Below, one piece after another: positions 40,084-49,820 of a stretch of 64,000 nucleotides of DNA. The stretch's first letter is position 1; the number at the start of each line of letters is the position of its first letter. The notes beneath the pieces were generated by a model, which was given only the letters and a program-made list of their open reading frames with translations, was not told the DNA's origin and did not search any database. The translations under genes and the position numbers were made by a program. Source of the DNA: Limnochordia bacterium (GTDB lineage: Bacteria; Bacillota; Limnochordia; DTU080); the NCBI GenBank assembly GCA_050951545.1, contig JBMNJG010000007.1, positions 128,001 through 192,000 on the forward strand, in the 5' to 3' direction.

Positions 40084-43000
40084 TCACGTATTTGCTCTGC
40101 TAGGGCATCCACGCGATCCCTCCTGGCCAACCTGGCGACGAGCCTGGTGCTTCGCCTTAAGCGTTAAATGGTAGTCATTGACACGATCGCCCGCAAAGAC
40201 ATGATACCATGGCGCAGACGGTACGTCTTTTCCGCGGTCTTTGCCCCACTTTATGTTCGGCCTGCTGCGGAGGACGCCTGCTCCCTTAAGCCTCACATCC
40301 GGTACCGTCATGAAGGGGCGGATGTTGAGCCGTACACCGTCATTCAGGTCGGGTTCCCACCCGATGGGTTGCTGTTCAAGCGGTTTCCAACGGACAAAGA
40401 TATCGTAAGGCGCTTCACCAGCGAGGATGAGTTCGAGACTGCGCTTCAGCTCCTCAGCAGCGATCAGCTTCTCTTCGGCACCATCGATACCGTTGGCGAC
40501 CGCTTCACGCTGCCGGCCAATCCACTCACCGAGGTACGTGTAGACCAGCGACTCTAATCCTTTACGGTCGAGCCTGTGGTAGTTGACAAGGGCTGCGAAT
40601 CCGTCTTGGAGCCCATCCCAGATGTGCCAGATGAAGGGGCGGTTTTGAAACAGGCGGCAATGCTGGGCAAAGAACTTGTCCCGTAGCCACGTCTCAAGCG
40701 TCTGGTCGGCACAATCGGCATCGGCGAGCAAACGAGCCAACCGGTCAGTGGACCAATCATCCGCGTAGGCAGCGGCAAGCACATCCAATAAGCGGTCGGC
40801 TGCGGATGATTCACCCCGCAGCGAGGGAATGCAGACGATGCCGTCTTGGTCTGCATAGGGAAGCAAGGTCTCTGAACGCTTGATCCAGGCCCGAGCCTCG
40901 TCAGATAACTCCATCTCAGGATCCAACTCAGCTGGCCAGCGGTAGCCGAGCAATCGCGCCACGGCCACTTGTAGAGGGGCTTCACTTTGGGCAGGATGGC
41001 CGTGGAAGATCCACTGCGTTGGGTCGTCGGAGTAGGGTTTGGGCAGGCCGTTAGGGTATTTCTCTTCGGCCACTTCGGTCCAGTAGTCGAGGTCGAAGGG
41101 GACTTTGACCAGAGAAGCGTTTGTCACCTTAAGGCTTTGGTCTATTTGTCGCACCGCTTCGTTGTATTCGGGTGAGGAGCAGTAGCACCAGATGGCAGGG
41201 AGGTGAGCTGGGTTGTGGGGGAGGATGACTGCGACATTCTTGTCGAAGATGGCCCCCTGGTACCTGGCTACGGGCAGGGCACGCATCTGGCTGATGGCAA
41301 CACCTGTTTTGCCCCAAGCGGCCCCGCCAGCCGGAATAGCCAAGCCTTGCCTCCCTAGCTCAGCCAACACTCCCCTACCCTTCTGCCAAAAGACGATCTG
41401 CTCTAAACCACTCCAGTGAGTGGTCTCCTTTACAGTAGTCTGCAGGAACTGCCAATCCACTCCGAAACTGCTGATCTCCCAGTACTGACGAAAGAAGCGA
41501 GGAGCATCTTTACTACCGAACCCATGCACTCCAGCCGCACACCGTGATAATAAGGGCAAAGCAGCCGTTTCCTCCAGCACCACCCTCGCATCCGGATTAT
41601 CCAACTGCGCCGCCTGCTCCACTTGCTTAATCTCAGTATCCAGCAACTGCACAGCCTTCTCATCCGCAATACGCGGCTCCGATACATCCAATCCACAAAG
41701 CATGTGCTCCTCGGGCGCCTCCCCTTTACCCATGGTGAGAAGAATCGCCATGACAACTTCACCAGTGATTGTCTCAAATGCCCCAGGTCCCAGCCTTGCC
41801 ACCATATGCCACGTATCATTCCTGAGCAGCTTCTTCCGGAATTTCTCGTAGCTCGTCAAAAAGAGCCAGTTCTGGGGCATGACAATACTGGTGGTCCCAC
41901 CCGGTACCAGGAATGCCAGGCAGCGCTCCAAGAAAACGTTAGCCAGGTCACCCTTTGCTGCCGCGTGATTTTCGTCACAGAACGAGCGTAAGATGTCGTC
42001 CTGCTTGCCACGGGTGAGATACGGCACGTTGGTGATTATCCAATGGTACTTCCCCGCTAACAAACTGGCGGCTCTGGCTAGCCCATGGGCCACCACACCA
42101 GCTTCGTAAAGCTCCTCACTATGCCCATTGTTCAGCGCCGCCTCTAGCAATTCCGCCACGTGCTGGTAATCTTCGGTAAACAAGGTTTTTTGCACCCGTT
42201 GTGGATCAATGAGGCTACCAAGCACCGGGGCATTCTGAAAGAGGCCGTGTAGCTCCTCTAGAGCGTTTTGTGCTTCGGGCTCTCCCTCTGCCAAGCTCAA
42301 CCATTCTTCTTTCTGGGCACTGACTGTCAGGCCCGAACAGGCAATGTGCAAATCAGGCAAGGTGCGGTAACCGTCAGCTCTTGGATACCGCCATGCGGTG
42401 AGTGCCAAGGTAAACGCCGCCAATTCGACGCAGCGCTTGTCGAGTTCAAGGCCATGGAGGTTCTCCCTCAGTACAGCATCTACCGCTTCCGGCGCCGAGA
42501 GCCCCTCCAGGTGCATGCGCATCGGTGTCAACATGAGAAGGGCGGCAACCAGAAAATGACCCGATCCACAGCATGGATCCATCACTTTGAGGTTTTTTGG
42601 TTCTTTTGGCCAATCATCAAAGGTCCCCGCTGCGGGACGCCACGCCCCTTCCTCGTCCTGCACAAACCTCAGATACTCCAACGGTACTCCGGGTATGGCC
42701 GCCTTCTTTCGTAACTCGTCTTCATTCGCTGCACCTTTGAGGTCGTTATCCGTCAGACGACGAGCTGCCCACCAGGCGCCGAGGGCGTTATCGAGCAGAA
42801 AGCCGACCATATACGGTTCGGTAAAAAGCTGGGTCACCGCTGGCAGCTCCCGAGCCCCGATTTTCACCTCGGATGCGTTCACCTCATCTTTGCGCTTGGC
42901 TTGCCAGAATTGGTAAACCCATCCCAAGGAATCCGAGGCGGTGAACACCTCCGGTTTCAGCTGGGTGACAAGGTTTTCAAGCTCCAGTTGGTACTCCAAC

Positions 43001-43476
43001 GGAAACTTAAGTTCATATACGGGTGAATCGGGGCGGAACACTTGCGGTAGCATTTTCGCGGCAAAACGACCCGCCAGCTCCCAACCGTTGTCTGCCCCCT
43101 CATCTCTTGCTAACTCATGGCACTCCTCGAGGGAGATGGGGACCGGTTGCTCCGGGTCCGGATACATCAGTAAGTCGTTTTCAGCCAGAAAGCGGGCAAA
43201 CAACATGCGATGCCAGTGTTGATAAGCCACCTCTTCGATCAATCGATCCATGTCCTGGGTCTGATTCTCGGCATTCCTCTTGTCCCCGAGATGTCGCCCA
43301 TACGCGCGTAGCCTCTGACGCAGGCTTTTTTCTTCGTGCGTCAAGTGCTCGAAGGGTCTGGCCTCGCCCACACCCAATTGCTCCAGAGCAATACGCGCGG
43401 CACGTTCTGCCACCTCGCGCGCATCTTTCGCCGTCTGTTCCAGTTGGTTTCTTAAGTGCCTATCTAACGGCTGCAT
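40084..43476 (-). CDS. pglX: BREX adenine DNA methyltransferase PglX (BrxX)
   Basis: AY.HWHR.LFARFL, TQLFTE.YMV, DPCCGSGHFL (motif I), TNVPY (motif IV), variable TRD, C-terminal PDLNDGVRLNIRPF. Confidence 0.92.
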   Translation of the reverse strand: MQPLDRHLRNQLEQTAKDAREVAERAARIALEQLGVGEARPFEHLTHEEKSLRQRLRAYGRHLGDKRNAENQTQDMDRLIEEVAYQHWHRMLFARFLAENDLLMYPDPEQPVPISLEECHELARDEGADNGWELAGRFAAKMLPQVFRPDSPVYELKFPLEYQLELENLVTQLKPEVFTASDSLGWVYQFWQAKRKDEVNASEVKIGARELPAVTQLFTEPYMVGFLLDNALGAWWAARRLTDNDLKGAANEDELRKKAAIPGVPLEYLRFVQDEEGAWRPAAGTFDDWPKEPKNLKVMDPCCGSGHFLVAALLMLTPMRMHLEGLSAPEAVDAVLRENLHGLELDKRCVELAAFTLALTAWRYPRADGYRTLPDLHIACSGLTVSAQKEEWLSLAEGEPEAQNALEELHGLFQNAPVLGSLIDPQRVQKTLFTEDYQHVAELLEAALNNGHSEELYEAGVVAHGLARAASLLAGKYHWIITNVPYLTRGKQDDILRSFCDENHAAAKGDLANVFLERCLAFLVPGGTTSIVMPQNWLFLTSYEKFRKKLLRNDTWHMVARLGPGAFETITGEVVMAILLTMGKGEAPEEHMLCGLDVSEPRIADEKAVQLLDTEIKQVEQAAQLDNPDARVVLEETAALPLLSRCAAGVHGFGSKDAPRFFRQYWEISSFGVDWQFLQTTVKETTHWSGLEQIVFWQKGRGVLAELGRQGLAIPAGGAAWGKTGVAISQMRALPVARYQGAIFDKNVAVILPHNPAHLPAIWCYCSSPEYNEAVRQIDQSLKVTNASLVKVPFDLDYWTEVAEEKYPNGLPKPYSDDPTQWIFHGHPAQSEAPLQVAVARLLGYRWPAELDPEMELSDEARAWIKRSETLLPYADQDGIVCIPSLRGESSAADRLLDVLAAAYADDWSTDRLARLLADADCADQTLETWLRDKFFAQHCRLFQNRPFIWHIWDGLQDGFAALVNYHRLDRKGLESLVYTYLGEWIGRQREAVANGIDGAEEKLIAAEELKRSLELILAGEAPYDIFVRWKPLEQQPIGWEPDLNDGVRLNIRPFMTVPDVRLKGAGVLRSRPNIKWGKDRGKDVPSAPWYHVFAGDRVNDYHLTLKAKHQARRQVGQEGSRGCPSRANT

Positions 43477-43495
43477 TGTCTTTCCCCACCTCAGA

Positions 43496-46400
43496 CTAAC
43501 TGACTGACACCGGACCATTCTCGAGTCCTGCAGCTAATTGCTCCCGAGCATCGGCCAGCCACTGTTCCAGGTCTGCTTCCGTTCGCAACGTGCGTCTAGC
43601 TATGTGGACGAATTGCACCTCGGGCTCGAGTAGCTTAGCAGCGCTGGCCATGGTCTCCTGGAACCGCGCTGGCAACGCCGCAATACGCGTGCGAAACATC
43701 TCGAGTGAGACGCGTTCAAGGGTAGCGAGCACCTCGTCCACCGAACCGACTTGGACCGTCGGACGGGCTGCTTCATCCAGTCGGTGTTTCTTCAGCAGGC
43801 CGTTGCGTTTTGGTTCATCAAGTGTCTGCCAGTTACTGTCAGCAGCGAGAAGTCGTAGGCCCTCGTCATACCGAGCCGCGAAGCACTGATTGAGGCGATT
43901 CAACTCGTCACGCAGAAGTTGGGTGAGTTGCTGCACCAAGGGCGTCACCGGATCCGGATCAATCAGCAATTGGCGTTGAGTTCTGATGTACTCGGCTTGG
44001 TCCACTAGATGTTGCGCGGCATCAAGGTCTTCTGCATGGGCCAGCAGCCTGTGCAACGTCTGCCAAGCAGGCTGGCGCCGGTTGATCTTGTCGGCTAGCG
44101 CTTTCCACGTGTCAATAGACCCAGCTAATTCGTCGTGGTGCTCGTCTAGGAGCACTAACTGCTCATTGCCCGCCTTGAGGCGCAATTCGTCCAATAGCCT
44201 CGTATCAGGCCGGACAGGTAGAGGTGGTTCGCCTCCGGCTTGATTGGCCAACGACTGCAGCACATCTAGGAACTCGGGAACAACGTCTGGTTCATCACCC
44301 GTTTGAACGCTAACCCGTATCCCTGCTCTCTGGAGCAACCTGCGAACGGTTACACGCTGTGCCGTCGTGACCGTAATGTGTTCAGTCTGGAAGGTGGCCC
44401 TACCGAAGGTTCTGCGGTCCAGCGTGTTGTGATCCAGGGGCCGACGATGTTCATCACTGACGCGAACTAACCTAGCCGCCAAAAGGGCGTAGACCGCACC
44501 GTCCACCGCATCGCCTTCCCAGCCATATGGCGGCTTCTCAAAGTGACCTCGAACCTCGGCTCCGGTCTTGCCGCGTCCTATGTAGCTAAGCACGGTCTTA
44601 CACACAGGATGCGTCGCCACATCACCATCGTATCCGACCCGTTTCAGCGCATCCGGTGCTCCCTCCCGGGCTGCGCTATACACCCGGCCCCAGTTATGGC
44701 TATCTGCCATCCGAAACTCGGGATACAGCCTCTGTACTGAATGATTGGCGGCTTCATGAATCGTGGTGGTCAGATCGCTATCGACGACCGGGTTGCCGCC
44801 TCCTTGAAACACTCGAGCCTCGCGAAATGCTTCATCAAGCAGGTTCCCGATCTTCGTTTCGGCGTTGTCCAATCTCGTTTCCATCGCCCGGCGCGCTTCC
44901 TTACCCTCAGGCGTGTCTGGATTTCCACGTTTCTCGAGCGTCGCAGAAGCAGCCTTATATTCGGTCAAGGCATTGTTCAATTCATCCACTGCCCGATTCG
45001 GGATGAACACAAAGATGGTCGGCGAGTTGCTCCCGGCTTGTCTGGCATCCGCTCTGACGGAGTTTTCCGTCGTATCCCAACCGTCACGGACCCAAACATA
45101 GATTTTCTCATCGGCGTCTGCCGGCAACTGAGAGCCAAAAGCCGGCGTGATGCGCCGCACCGCCTTTGAATCGCCTTGCCTCACAATGATTCTACTGACG
45201 ATGTCGCGAAAAACCGCTTGCAGGCACTCGGTCCGCTCAGCCACAATGTGATGCCGATTGGTCCTTAGCGCCGATATTTCGGCCATAAAGTCATCATTCC
45301 AAGCGGCACTCTCTTCCGTCTGGATACGATACTCATCGTCAACCTTCATCAACAGGTTCGTTTCATCTAGCAACCGCGGAAGTTTGCTGCGTAGACCACT
45401 TGAACCGCTCGCGAGATCCTCTACTAAGAGGTCTGCCAGAGTATCTACCGTAGCTTTTATCCCTATTTCCTTATTGCTGTCTGCAAGCTTATTGATAAGA
45501 AACACCAAGCCACACGCTCGGGCTAACAGATGCTCGTCCTCATTGTCACTTTGCATCCAACGTCTCGTCTCTTCGTGCAAGCGTCTTGTAAGGGCTCGAG
45601 TCTGGAGCAGGCGGTCCGCAGCGTCAAAGAAAAGGTAGTCCGCGGCAATCACATGTCCGAGAGGCTGATCCACGTTTGTTTGGATCACTTTGTGGACCAA
45701 ACTCAGTTGGTTTCGCAATTGACTATCCGTGCCTGTGCGGTCTAGGGCCCGGAGCGCGTTCTCCCAAAACCGCCGGCGCGTGGGGAGCAAGGGGTAGTCC
45801 TGACTAAAAAACTGCCTGTCGGCGTTGCGGTGCGCAATGGCTGTGCCTGTGAGATGCCGGGAGATCTCGCCGACATTCTGCTGCAGTACTTGCTCCAAGG
45901 GTTCTTTGGCTTCGGGTTTCTTGGTAAGCACCACTTGACGCAGTACAGTATCGACATCTGCGTCAGATAGCTCGACTCGGACTCTAAACCGTCCTTCGAG
46001 ACGACGCAAGTCCGTCTCACCTGTAATCCCGGTTTGGCCCGTTCCAATGAACAGCAAACGGCCACCAAAGCTCTTGCAACAGGTCTCAACGGCCTCTTGG
46101 ACATAGTGGGCACGCTCTGAGTCCTTGCCAATATATTGCTGCACTTCGTCCAAGACAACCAAAGTCAGTGGGAACCTACCCTCTCGACTCAAAGCCTGCC
46201 GCATCGTCTGAACCATATCGTCGTTCGACACGTCATCGACGCTTGGGTACAGGTTATTCAGAGAATCAATACACGCCTGGGGCGACGGAAAGATGCTTGG
46301 CCTAACCGTCTGTAAAGCTTCATGCAAAAGCTCGGCTACGTACAGGTTATCCAGCTCGTAGCTCCAATCTTCGCCACTACTTTCAACGTGGCTGCGAACT

Positions 46401-46942
46401 GCGTCATAGAGCCCTTCTTGTTTGAGCCACATGGCGAAGCGAGCCAGAGGATACTTCCTTGGCAGGCCGACGGACCCGAATATGACCTCAAGTAGAGCGA
46501 GTCGCACACTTCCTTTGGCGCTTGACCCCAACGTTCCCGAAGCAGCATGAAGTCCGCCGCGCCGTGTGCCTTCGATCGATAGCTCACGCAACAAGTCACG
46601 GACATGCGGAGGTAAGGTGACAATTCCTCTGGCGGTGGCCCCATCCGGGAACTGGGTATCAGCCCACAAAGCACTTAGCATCTTGACCAAGTGCGATTTT
46701 CCCGAGCCATAGAATCCGCTCACCCATACTCCGGGCTGATCGGCCTGGTCAATGTTTTTGAGGTACGTCTCAAGGATGTGGGCCATACCTTTCTCGTATT
46801 GGCCATCACAGACGAAGGTCTCGAGCTCGTAGCGAAGGATTTCAAGTGCTTCGTCACTCGTGTCATTGCCTACTCTGGCGACACCTTCGTTTTTCAACTT
46901 CCACTGCAATGGATCGCGCAGATAGATGTCACGGTTCCTCAT
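43496..46942 (-). CDS. brxC: BREX P-loop ATPase BrxC
   Basis: YELETFVCDGQY, WVSGFYGSGKSHL (Walker A), LVVLDEVQQY (Walker B), PPYGW; 1148 aa. Confidence 0.93.
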   Translation of the reverse strand: MRNRDIYLRDPLQWKLKNEGVARVGNDTSDEALEILRYELETFVCDGQYEKGMAHILETYLKNIDQADQPGVWVSGFYGSGKSHLVKMLSALWADTQFPDGATARGIVTLPPHVRDLLRELSIEGTRRGGLHAASGTLGSSAKGSVRLALLEVIFGSVGLPRKYPLARFAMWLKQEGLYDAVRSHVESSGEDWSYELDNLYVAELLHEALQTVRPSIFPSPQACIDSLNNLYPSVDDVSNDDMVQTMRQALSREGRFPLTLVVLDEVQQYIGKDSERAHYVQEAVETCCKSFGGRLLFIGTGQTGITGETDLRRLEGRFRVRVELSDADVDTVLRQVVLTKKPEAKEPLEQVLQQNVGEISRHLTGTAIAHRNADRQFFSQDYPLLPTRRRFWENALRALDRTGTDSQLRNQLSLVHKVIQTNVDQPLGHVIAADYLFFDAADRLLQTRALTRRLHEETRRWMQSDNEDEHLLARACGLVFLINKLADSNKEIGIKATVDTLADLLVEDLASGSSGLRSKLPRLLDETNLLMKVDDEYRIQTEESAAWNDDFMAEISALRTNRHHIVAERTECLQAVFRDIVSRIIVRQGDSKAVRRITPAFGSQLPADADEKIYVWVRDGWDTTENSVRADARQAGSNSPTIFVFIPNRAVDELNNALTEYKAASATLEKRGNPDTPEGKEARRAMETRLDNAETKIGNLLDEAFREARVFQGGGNPVVDSDLTTTIHEAANHSVQRLYPEFRMADSHNWGRVYSAAREGAPDALKRVGYDGDVATHPVCKTVLSYIGRGKTGAEVRGHFEKPPYGWEGDAVDGAVYALLAARLVRVSDEHRRPLDHNTLDRRTFGRATFQTEHITVTTAQRVTVRRLLQRAGIRVSVQTGDEPDVVPEFLDVLQSLANQAGGEPPLPVRPDTRLLDELRLKAGNEQLVLLDEHHDELAGSIDTWKALADKINRRQPAWQTLHRLLAHAEDLDAAQHLVDQAEYIRTQRQLLIDPDPVTPLVQQLTQLLRDELNRLNQCFAARYDEGLRLLAADSNWQTLDEPKRNGLLKKHRLDEAARPTVQVGSVDEVLATLERVSLEMFRTRIAALPARFQETMASAAKLLEPEVQFVHIARRTLRTEADLEQWLADAREQLAAGLENGPVSVS

Positions 46943-46999
46943 GCCACCCGACTCCTCCCATAGCCTAAGCTGTCCATTGGCCGATCTTCAGAAAAGCGG

Positions 47000-47551
47000 C
47001 TAGATCTCGTCTCCGCCAGTGATCGGAGTCGCTAGGTAGTTCCAACCATCGTAAGCGTTGAGTAATCGGTAGTTGTTCGCTTCACAGCTGCCTGGAAAAA
47101 ACACCACCAGACGTCCGCTAAACATAGGCGCCAGTCGGTCCGCAAGTTCGCTCACGCGCAGCAGACCGAAAATCGTGCCCACCCCATGCAGGGCGACTAC
47201 CGTATCGCTATCTACCGCGTGCTCCTGTAAGAAGGTCGCGAATCGTTCCTCGATAAAGCCCAAATACCGGGGCAACAGCGTGTCCAGCAAATCGGGCCGC
47301 TTATAGTAGCTGTTGGCATACCGTTGCGCCACAAGCCATTCTGGGAAGGTGTCTGTGAGGTCGAACAAGTGCCATCGGTGTCCTGCATTGTGCGTTGCGA
47401 TCCCAAACTCGTGAATGGCAAGACGTAGCCGGCGTTCGTCTTGTTCACGATACACGCAGAAAATGACTCGCAGCGGTGGCGCTACCTCTTCGCGCCAAGG
47501 CACGGCGATGTAGTTTACATATGATCTTTGAAGCCGCCTAAGCCTGCTCAC
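47000..47551 (-). CDS. brxB: BREX protein BrxB (DUF1788)
   Basis: GRLVVFFPG and LLNAYDGWNYLA motifs; immediately upstream of brxC. Confidence 0.85.
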   Translation of the reverse strand: MSRLRRLQRSYVNYIAVPWREEVAPPLRVIFCVYREQDERRLRLAIHEFGIATHNAGHRWHLFDLTDTFPEWLVAQRYANSYYKRPDLLDTLLPRYLGFIEERFATFLQEHAVDSDTVVALHGVGTIFGLLRVSELADRLAPMFSGRLVVFFPGSCEANNYRLLNAYDGWNYLATPITGGDEI

Positions 47552-48332
47552 GGACCCACTCCGTCTCTTGTTCCGTCAGCAGCCTCGGAAACAATACTTC
47601 GACCACCTTTCCGATGCGGTTGACGATTATCCATCCACTTCGGGCCGCCTCTTCAGCACGTGCCACGACTTGTTCGACACTACTATCAAGGAGCTTAGCG
47701 TATTCACTCTCGAAGAGCGCGATGCCGCGCAGCCCCTGAAGATAGCCTAGAAGCAATGCGTACGCTGCCGACCCCGGCGTAGCGCTTGCCTTTATCCGAA
47801 CCTTGTTCCTGCGGCCTTGAAGGTGACCCGATTGCGTCCAGGTCGAGCTCAACCTACTTACGATGGCTTCTAGCGTGCACTTGCTATAGCGCCCCGGCTC
47901 CGGTTCGTCGGTATATGATTCGAAGCTCGCTTTCGACAAGACCTCACCCTCGGGCATGCTAAGAACAAAGCCCGCTGAATTGCGCAGGATGGCGTCTCGG
48001 GCATAGGCACACAAAAACGCGATAAGCGGGCGCCCGGCTTCGTCCCGATCCCAAAAGAAGCGTAAGGCGCGGAACAACACTTCATCCGGGTTCAGGGAGT
48101 ATAGCTGAACTAGATAGGTGAAGGTCATTCTCCGATTCGCACTTGAACGTTTATCCAGGCAGTTGTTCTCGATAATTGCTCGACGGTAGTCTGTCGTCGA
48201 AGACGCGGGTTCGTTTACATACATTAACAAAGTGGAAAGCTCTTTTAGCATCATGGTGCGACGCGCGTGAGTTCCGCCCCGACCGAAGCGGAATCCAAAC
48301 TGACGCAGATTGGCGGGTCGAGAATTCTGCAC
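47538..48332 (-). CDS. brxA: BrxA-like helical DNA-binding protein
   Basis: First gene of the BREX operon, overlapping brxB; H..RTMML.EL, ENNCL.KRS and STWTQSGHL.G..K.R motifs. Assignment is mainly positional. Confidence 0.65.
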   Translation of the reverse strand: MQNSRPANLRQFGFRFGRGGTHARRTMMLKELSTLLMYVNEPASSTTDYRRAIIENNCLDKRSSANRRMTFTYLVQLYSLNPDEVLFRALRFFWDRDEAGRPLIAFLCAYARDAILRNSAGFVLSMPEGEVLSKASFESYTDEPEPGRYSKCTLEAIVSRLSSTWTQSGHLQGRRNKVRIKASATPGSAAYALLLGYLQGLRGIALFESEYAKLLDSSVEQVVARAEEAARSGWIIVNRIGKVVEVLFPRLLTEQETEWVREQA

Positions 48333-48373
48333 GTATGAGCCCCCCAGGCATGCGAACAGCCTAAATAACCTAT

Positions 48374-48401
48374 ATTAGCGACGGCCACATGCAACTCCTG
48401 C
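48374..48401 (-). promoter_or_regulatory. Possible SigH-like promoter of the BREX operon
   Basis: GCAGGA-N18-TAAT (imperfect -10). Confidence 0.35.
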
Positions 48402-48424
48402 GAGCGACACGATTCCCAGGCACA

Positions 48425-48454
48425 AGAGGCGGCACCATGTACGGTACCGCCTCT
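48425..48454 (-). terminator. Hairpin terminator between the peptidase gene and BREX
   Basis: AGAGGCGGTACC-gtacat-GGTGCCGCCTCT on the minus strand. Confidence 0.6.
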
Positions 48455-48481
48455 CTAGACTACCTCGGTTGGCGTAACGTC

Positions 48482-49345
48482 TTAGCGCATACCGAGCTTC
48501 TTGAGCATGGCGTCAAGTGCTGCCTTGTGTTCAGCTGCGCGTTTGGCCAGTGTCTGCTTCTTTGATGTCTCCACAATCATTCCTTTGCAGCCCAGTCTGA
48601 TGGAGACCGCCCTGGCGAGGCTGCCCGCCGTAGGATAGCGCAGCACGCTGAACACGTGCTTCGGGTTGGAGACCAGCGCGCTGGCGGCTTTGGCCATGGC
48701 TTTGGCCATAGGGGCTGCGCTGGCGACTGGGTAGTAGATGACCGTCTGCCCCACCGACTTCTTGTTGATCTTGTGGAAGTCGTAGCCTTCGTGCATATCC
48801 ACAAGCCATGTGGGGCGGTATTTGACCATCAGACTCCAGATGCCTCGGGCCAGGTAGTTCCTGGCGGCGTCGGTCTTGGTGCGAGGGAACGCACGGTTCA
48901 GGTCGCCTAGGCTGCTGGTGCGAGTGCCAGCTCTCACAGCAGGGCGGTTGGCCTCAGGAATGACGATAAGCCGTCCCTTTTTGACGGCTAGGTCTTTGGC
49001 TGTCCAGGCGGCTTTATATCCAGCCTTCTCGTTGCCGTGGACGCCGCCAGTCACGACGACTGTGGGACCTTTGACTCCACTGTTGTAGATGTAGTAAGGG
49101 GTCTGATGCTTGGTTCCTTTGGCGATCCAGCCTTTCACAAGACCGGCGCCAAGAACCTCAGAATCCTCCGGCGGCCAAGCGACCTCGGGTTCCCAAGGGC
49201 CAGTGGCAAAGGTACTCCAGCCCATCTCGACGGGTGAGGCGCCGACCAGCTGAGACGCCTGACCGATTAGGATGATGGCTATCACTACGGCTGCTGCGAT
49301 GAGAGTGCGATGATTGCTGCAATGATATCTGTCTCGTGTTATCAT
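48482..49345 (-). CDS. Secreted succinylglutamate desuccinylase/aspartoacylase (M14-like Zn peptidase) family protein
   Basis: Signal-like hydrophobic stretch; GGVHGNE, DLNRAFP, VDMHEG and IVET motifs. Confidence 0.85.
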   Translation of the reverse strand: MITRDRYHCSNHRTLIAAAVVIAIILIGQASQLVGASPVEMGWSTFATGPWEPEVAWPPEDSEVLGAGLVKGWIAKGTKHQTPYYIYNSGVKGPTVVVTGGVHGNEKAGYKAAWTAKDLAVKKGRLIVIPEANRPAVRAGTRTSSLGDLNRAFPRTKTDAARNYLARGIWSLMVKYRPTWLVDMHEGYDFHKINKKSVGQTVIYYPVASAAPMAKAMAKAASALVSNPKHVFSVLRYPTAGSLARAVSIRLGCKGMIVETSKKQTLAKRAAEHKAALDAMLKKLGMR

Positions 49346-49534
49346 GAATCTCCTCTTTTCTTTTCCCATCCACTGCTGGTCTTGTCGGTAGATGTGGGTG
49401 GGTTAGGCTGTGCTGCGAGACTTTGTTGCAGGGAAGGCCTGAGCCTGCCGGGAAGTGTCGGTTAGCCAGGTAGGTCCTGCCACTTGCATGGGAGCTGTCG
49501 ATGGTGTAAGCTGGGAATCGAAAACTGAATAAAT

Positions 49535-49685
49535 GCCAACCAGGTGCGATAATAGGGAATCAGGTGCAAGTCCTGAACGGTCCCGCCACTGTAACCGGGG
49601 AGTACGCGGTGTCACCACTGTCAAACGATGGGAAGGTCGCCGCAGACGTGTTGTGATCCGGAAGTCAGGAGACCTGCCTGGTTGG
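49535..49685 (+). ncRNA. Cobalamin riboswitch
   Basis: AGGTGC...AATAGGGAA-CAGGTGCAAGTCCTG-ACGG-CCCGCCACTGTAA...CCACTG...TGGGAAGG...AGTCAGGAGACCTGCC (B12 box), upstream of a btu operon. Confidence 0.95.
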
Positions 49686-49753
49686 ATGTACCGTGATCCT
49701 TCGGAGCAAAGGTGGGTACTCTGGTTTGCGCTTGTACTGTTGCACGCGCTTAT

Positions 49754-49788
49754 AACCCGATCTCCTTTCTCGGAGTTCGGGTTTTTTG
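49754..49788 (+). terminator. Riboswitch-associated terminator
   Basis: AACCCGA-TCTCC-tttctc-GGAG-TTCGGGTT-TTTT. Confidence 0.75.
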
Positions 49789-49820
49789 GTATCTATACGA
49801 GGCATATGGGTTGTGACGAG

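Noticed and set aside
40084-43476. Phase-variable or shuffled pglX
   Set aside because: Single copy, with no silent TRD cassette, adjacent recombinase or long simple repeat seen.
48430-48437. CGGCACCA matching the tRNA-Leu 3' end, as a possible attR of a 21-kb island
   Set aside because: Only 8 bp, it forms one arm of a terminator hairpin, and no integrase is present.
49533-49820. 96-aa N-terminal extension of the BtuD-like ORF
   Set aside because: It overlaps the cobalamin riboswitch and its terminator; the real start is near 49806-49821.
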